44,231 nucleotides of DNA from an uncultured Gammaproteobacteria bacterium (GTDB lineage: Bacteria; Patescibacteriota; Microgenomatia; Levybacterales; UBA12049): contig CAYWEP010000001.1 of assembly GCA_964457405.1 (NCBI GenBank), positions 1-44,231 on the forward strand. The letters are read 5' to 3'. Shown here in pieces: positions 41,010 to 44,231 of the stretch (the first letter of the stretch is position 1; each line of letters opens with the position of its first letter). The notes beneath the pieces were generated by a model. The model was not told the DNA's origin. It did not search any database and saw only the letters and a program-made list of their open reading frames with translations. Position numbers and translations under genes: made by a program.

Positions 41010-42979
41010 TTATTCCTCACGAATCGCATAAACAGCCGCGGCCTGTATTGTTTTGTAACAAGGATGATCCACAGCAACGTTGAAGACGATAATTTTTGCC
41101 TCTTCTGCTGCAAAAAGAAACGATGGCTTCGTATAGGTAATTCTGTCATTAAAATCATAGCTACTGGCTCGCAGTGCTCGTGGTTTGCCACCCTTTTCTT
41201 TGTATAAGTGAAAGCTGCCAACCACGTCATTAAATTCTTCACACAACGTTGGATCTGCATTTGCAAATTCTATCCGGAGAAGTTTACGGACGTTGGGAAG
41301 CGTAACAGTAATTGATTGATCTTGTTTGAGAAAGTGAACATCAGCAACTTTTTCTTCTTTCATATCTTTATATTCATCTTTTACGTGTTGCAAGTCGTTT
41401 TTCCAAATCTTGAGAAGTGATACACCATCGACTTCGACCTGGTATACGGGATTGAGGAAGGTATCCATGATTTTGAACCGATACCAGTCAAGAAAATCAC
41501 TTGTGTTGGTCACCGACATGACATACTCTCCTTGACGTAAAGGTCCACTTTTAAGACGGCTATCGTAATAAATATCCTTACGAACCCAAATGTGTGGAAG
41601 ATTTGCCCAAAGTTCAAAATCAAGGGAAAGCGTTGCGTTTGGCTCCGCGTTTTTGTTGAGCCATATGATACCTTGTCTATGGGGATTACCGAGTGTCTGC
41701 CCCCAATCTTTAATGTTTTTTTCCTTTGCGCCTTTGAGTCCACCAATGAGCGAGTTAAAATACACTCCTTCGTTGGGATGAAGCCTAACTAGCGTGATTA
41801 CCAAGGGAATAAATGAGAGGAGGATCAATGCTTTTGGCACTCTGATAAGCTTGCTGGCTCCGATACCTGCGAGGATTGCAAGGGCGGGAATGTACTCCAT
41901 TATTTGGCGAACCCCTCCATAAATAGCTGTTCCCGGGAACATCACGCGTGTTATCGGCACCAAAAACCAAAATACCGCGAGAAGAAGCGCATCCTTTTCT
42001 TTCTTATGGATTTTTAAAAAAGCACTCGCGACGGCAATAGCGGAAAAAATAAGTATTACAGGAGGTGTCGTAAACAAAAGATACGTCAGTGGATAAGTCC
42101 AATCATTGCCAACAGGTGACGTACCAATCGATTTATAATATGAAAACGATGCAAGCAGTAATTTGGGCTCAAACCATGACGCCGGAAAGGTAATAATCCA
42201 AAATAGCACCATTGCAAATGGAATGAGAAGAAATGAAAAATGAAGAGGAGGACGTTTTCTTGTTACAACAAGCCACAGAATAATGGTGGGAATGACAAAA
42301 AGAAAATTGAATTTGGTTGCAAATGCCATGCCCGCCAATATTGCGGACATCCATATATACTTTTTTTCTCTTGTCATCACCGCTTCATAAAAGGAAAAAA
42401 GAAAGAGAGAATAAAAGACGGCTTCGGGAATGTCTTTAACATTGTTATGTGATTCCGCCCAGAAAATAGGAAATAATCCGAGAGAAAACGCGCTCACAAG
42501 CACAGCGAAACTTCCAAATGTTTTTCTCACCCAGAGATACGTCACAGCCACTAAAATCGCTGCTACAAAGATCACATAGTAATTGTAAGAAAAAACATCC
42601 GGAGCAATACCGAGTTTGACAAACAATACGTAGTTAAAAAGGGCAGACAATACATCGGAGAATGCAGGATGTGTACCTCTTTTTGCAACGTCTTCTGTGT
42701 AATACAGAAGTCCCCCCTCCCGGTGCTGGTAGATGCTATGGCGAGTCGTTTTGCCTGTTTGTGGATCGGTAAATTCATATCCCCAATCCTGCTTGTAGCT
42801 TTTTAGGTCGATTGCAAGAGGATCAGAGTGCTTTTCCCCTCAAGAAGAAAGCGCAAGAATGCCTGACCACGCATAAAGTGCGCTGGCTCATCCCAATTAA
42901 TTCCGTAATGCTTAATAGTAAACATGCCGAAGGTGAAATACAGAAGAAATAATAGAATAGGAATCTTGAGGGCTTTCAT
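41010..42979 (-). pseudogene. PMT/ArnT-like GT-C glycosyltransferase paralog A3, interrupted by a 1-nt frameshift
   Basis: The track ORF 41010..42650 begins at residue 105 or so of the A2 alignment. My translation from ATG 42979 gives MKALKIPILLFLLYFTFGMFTIKHYGINWDEPAHFMRGQAFLRFLLEG, which then runs out of frame to a TAA at 42803..42805. The -1 frame, open from 42839 downward, continues EKHSDPLAIDLKSYKQDWGYEFTDPQTGKTTRHSIYQHREGGLLYYTEDVAKRGTHPAFSDVLSALFNYVLF... into the 546-aa ORF. This is collinear with A2. The frame switch maps to the GGGGAAAA run (plus strand ttttcccc, 42832..42839). Confidence 0.7.
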
Positions 42980-43007
42980 GGTGTATAATTTATTGTACCA
43001 TTTTCAT
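42980..43007. promoter_or_regulatory. 28-bp divergent spacer with -10-like hexamers on both strands
   Basis: A perfect TATAAT at 42984..42989 (+) lies 18 nt before ATG 43008. TACAAT on the minus strand lies 12 nt before ATG 42979. There is no room for -35 elements outside coding sequence. Confidence 0.3.
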
Positions 43008-44066
43008 ATGACTGACATTAAGCAAATTGTCTTCCTGACGCGCCCCATTGCTCCTCCCTGGGATGAGGCAAGTAAGAACCTTGCATACTATCTTGCTCTC
43101 CACGTACAAATTCCATCTATTCAATGTATTCTATTGACCACACAAACAAAACTCGCGCTCCCTTCAAACATAATACAAGAGTCAATTCATACGACAAAAG
43201 CATTAAACCTGAAGAGCAAATTTCGCCTGCTTTGGTACCTCATCAGAAGCGATATAGATTGTGTTCATGCTCTTTTTGTCTTTACCCCAATAACCGGCAT
43301 GATCATAAAAATGCTTAAATTATGGAAACGATTCAAAGTAATTCAGACAGTGGCTTCAATATCCAGAAATACTTACTTTCTTCATTTCACTGTATTTGGA
43401 GATGAAGTCGTCTGTTTTTCAAAAACGACGGCTGCACTACTAAAAAGTCTTGGAGTTCAGCCTCATGTTATCCCCCCAGCGGTTTCCCTTGAACGTTTTA
43501 AGCCTAGCAAAAAAAACAAAAGCATTGCATTCTTAGGAGAATTACATAGGCAGAATAGTTATGCTATTGTTGAGCCACTTATAGATTTACTACACAAAAA
43601 ACTGCCTGACTATCAAATACTTTTGGGTTTTCGAACAACAAGAAAACCACGCAAAGAAGGCGAGCTCGTGATGAAACTCAAGCGAAAATTGACTGGTGTT
43701 AAAAATATTGTGTTTATGGATATCATCGAAGACATGCCGACGGTTTTAGCAAAAACAACACTTGTTATTCTCCCCGCTCGCAGCGTGACAGAAAAATTCG
43801 ATTATCCCCTGGTACTCTTGGAAGCACTCGCCTGTGGCACTCCTATTGTCATTTCAAACATTGGACCCCTTGGAGAACTTTCTTCGTATCCGGGGGTGTT
43901 GACACCAAAAAGTAATACTCCTCAGGCATTTTTAGATACAATAATCCGATCACTTACGTCCTACCCAAAACTCTCAAAGTCTGCACGAACGACTGCTGAA
44001 GTCAATTTTAACATTGAAGCTATTTCAAAAAAATATGAAGCTCTCTACAAAAAAGTACTCATCTAA
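43008..44066 (+). CDS. GT-B fold glycosyltransferase (GT4/GT1-like)
   Basis: The ORF track starts at 42924, overlapping the divergent gene. I place the start at ATG 43008 (MTDIKQIVFLTRPIAPPWDEASKN...). 'SIAFLGELHRQNSY' and 'EKFDYPLVLLEALACGTPIVISNIGPLGEL' form the GT-B C-domain motif. Confidence 0.75.
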   Translation: MTDIKQIVFLTRPIAPPWDEASKNLAYYLALHVQIPSIQCILLTTQTKLALPSNIIQESIHTTKALNLKSKFRLLWYLIRSDIDCVHALFVFTPITGMIIKMLKLWKRFKVIQTVASISRNTYFLHFTVFGDEVVCFSKTTAALLKSLGVQPHVIPPAVSLERFKPSKKNKSIAFLGELHRQNSYAIVEPLIDLLHKKLPDYQILLGFRTTRKPRKEGELVMKLKRKLTGVKNIVFMDIIEDMPTVLAKTTLVILPARSVTEKFDYPLVLLEALACGTPIVISNIGPLGELSSYPGVLTPKSNTPQAFLDTIIRSLTSYPKLSKSARTTAEVNFNIEAISKKYEALYKKVLI

Positions 44067-44097
44067 ATTTTTACTTGCAGCAAAACTTCAAAACATT

Positions 44098-44231
44098 ATG
44101 TTGTCTCATGGTGTGGAAGTTATGTTTATGAAGATGTACTCTAATGATCTCGATATTGATATGGTTGTTATTCATCTTAAGACCTATCAAGTCGCCATGA
44201 GTGCCCTGCAACAAAATGGTTGGCGTATGAA
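44098..44231 (+). CDS. Partial ORF at the right window edge; possibly the start of an uncharacterised nucleotidyltransferase-like (NTP_transf_5-like) protein
   Basis: My translation from ATG 44098 reads MLSHGVEVMFMKMYSNDLDIDMVVIHLKTYQVAMSALQQNGWRM... The 'DIDxxV' and 'A...L...G(W/Y)' spacing is reminiscent of that family. Only 44 codons are visible and the start is uncertain. Confidence 0.25.
   Translation, partial: MLSHGVEVMFMKMYSNDLDIDMVVIHLKTYQVAMSALQQNGWRM

Noticed and set aside
42832-42839. Programmed -1 ribosomal frameshifting or phase variation at the A3 frameshift site.
   Set aside because: In frame, the sequence GAG GGG AAA AGC is not a canonical X XXY YYZ slippery heptamer. I see no obvious downstream stem-loop or pseudoknot. 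The homopolymer runs are only 4 nt, too short for typical slipped-strand phase variation. A simple indel or a sequencing error is more parsimonious.
1-44231. A search by eye for CRISPR repeats, tRNA/rRNA genes, transposases or integrases, toxin-antitoxin pairs and defence-system genes.
   Set aside because: I found no regularly spaced direct repeats and no T-loop or anticodon-arm-like structures in the few intergenic gaps. No DDE, tyrosine- or serine-recombinase motifs, nucleases or ATPases were seen. Every ORF of 130 aa or more is accounted for by a glycan-related or membrane protein.

Overview
This 44.2-kb window is almost entirely cell-surface glycan biosynthesis and modification genes: about 40 genes on both strands, tightly packed, with eight 4-nt ATGA stop/start overlaps. 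I found no rRNA, tRNA, CRISPR array, transposase or integrase.

Gene content by eye:
- 8 family-2 glycosyltransferases (GT2). At least 5 look like soluble or C-terminally anchored polyprenol-phosphate-sugar synthases of the Dpm1/GtrB/ArnC type.
- 3 GT-B (GT4-like) glycosyltransferases.
- 7 large polytopic membrane proteins in three groups:
  - a tandem trio of PMT/ArnT-like GT-C enzymes, the third carrying a frameshift;
  - a trio of roughly 500-aa paralogs I cannot assign to a named family;
  - one singleton.
- 10 SAM-dependent methyltransferases, including a TylC3-type sugar C-methyltransferase, two zinc-ribbon types and one NPPH-motif type.
- One NodU/CmcH carbamoyltransferase.
- 5 SDR nucleotide-sugar enzymes: two Fcl-like, RfbB and two UXS/ArnA-like.
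- One UDP-HexNAc-type 6-dehydrogenase, two DegT-family aminotransferases, one cupin, one aldo/keto reductase and one small secreted DUF5667-like protein.

No Wzx/Wzy, ABC exporter or initiating phosphoglycosyltransferase is visible. The architecture therefore looks like lipid-phosphate-monosaccharide donors feeding extracytoplasmic GT-C transferases, rather than a classical repeat-unit polysaccharide locus.

A block at roughly 23.4-32.3 kb is visibly more G+C-rich than the AT-rich remainder. Several operon-leading genes have a -10-like hexamer only 6-9 nt upstream of the ATG, which suggests leaderless transcripts.

The compact, AT-rich, glycosylation-heavy content with a DUF5667-like protein is compatible with an uncultivated lineage of the CPR/Patescibacteria type. 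That is inference only. All functional calls rest on motif recognition by eye, not on database searches.
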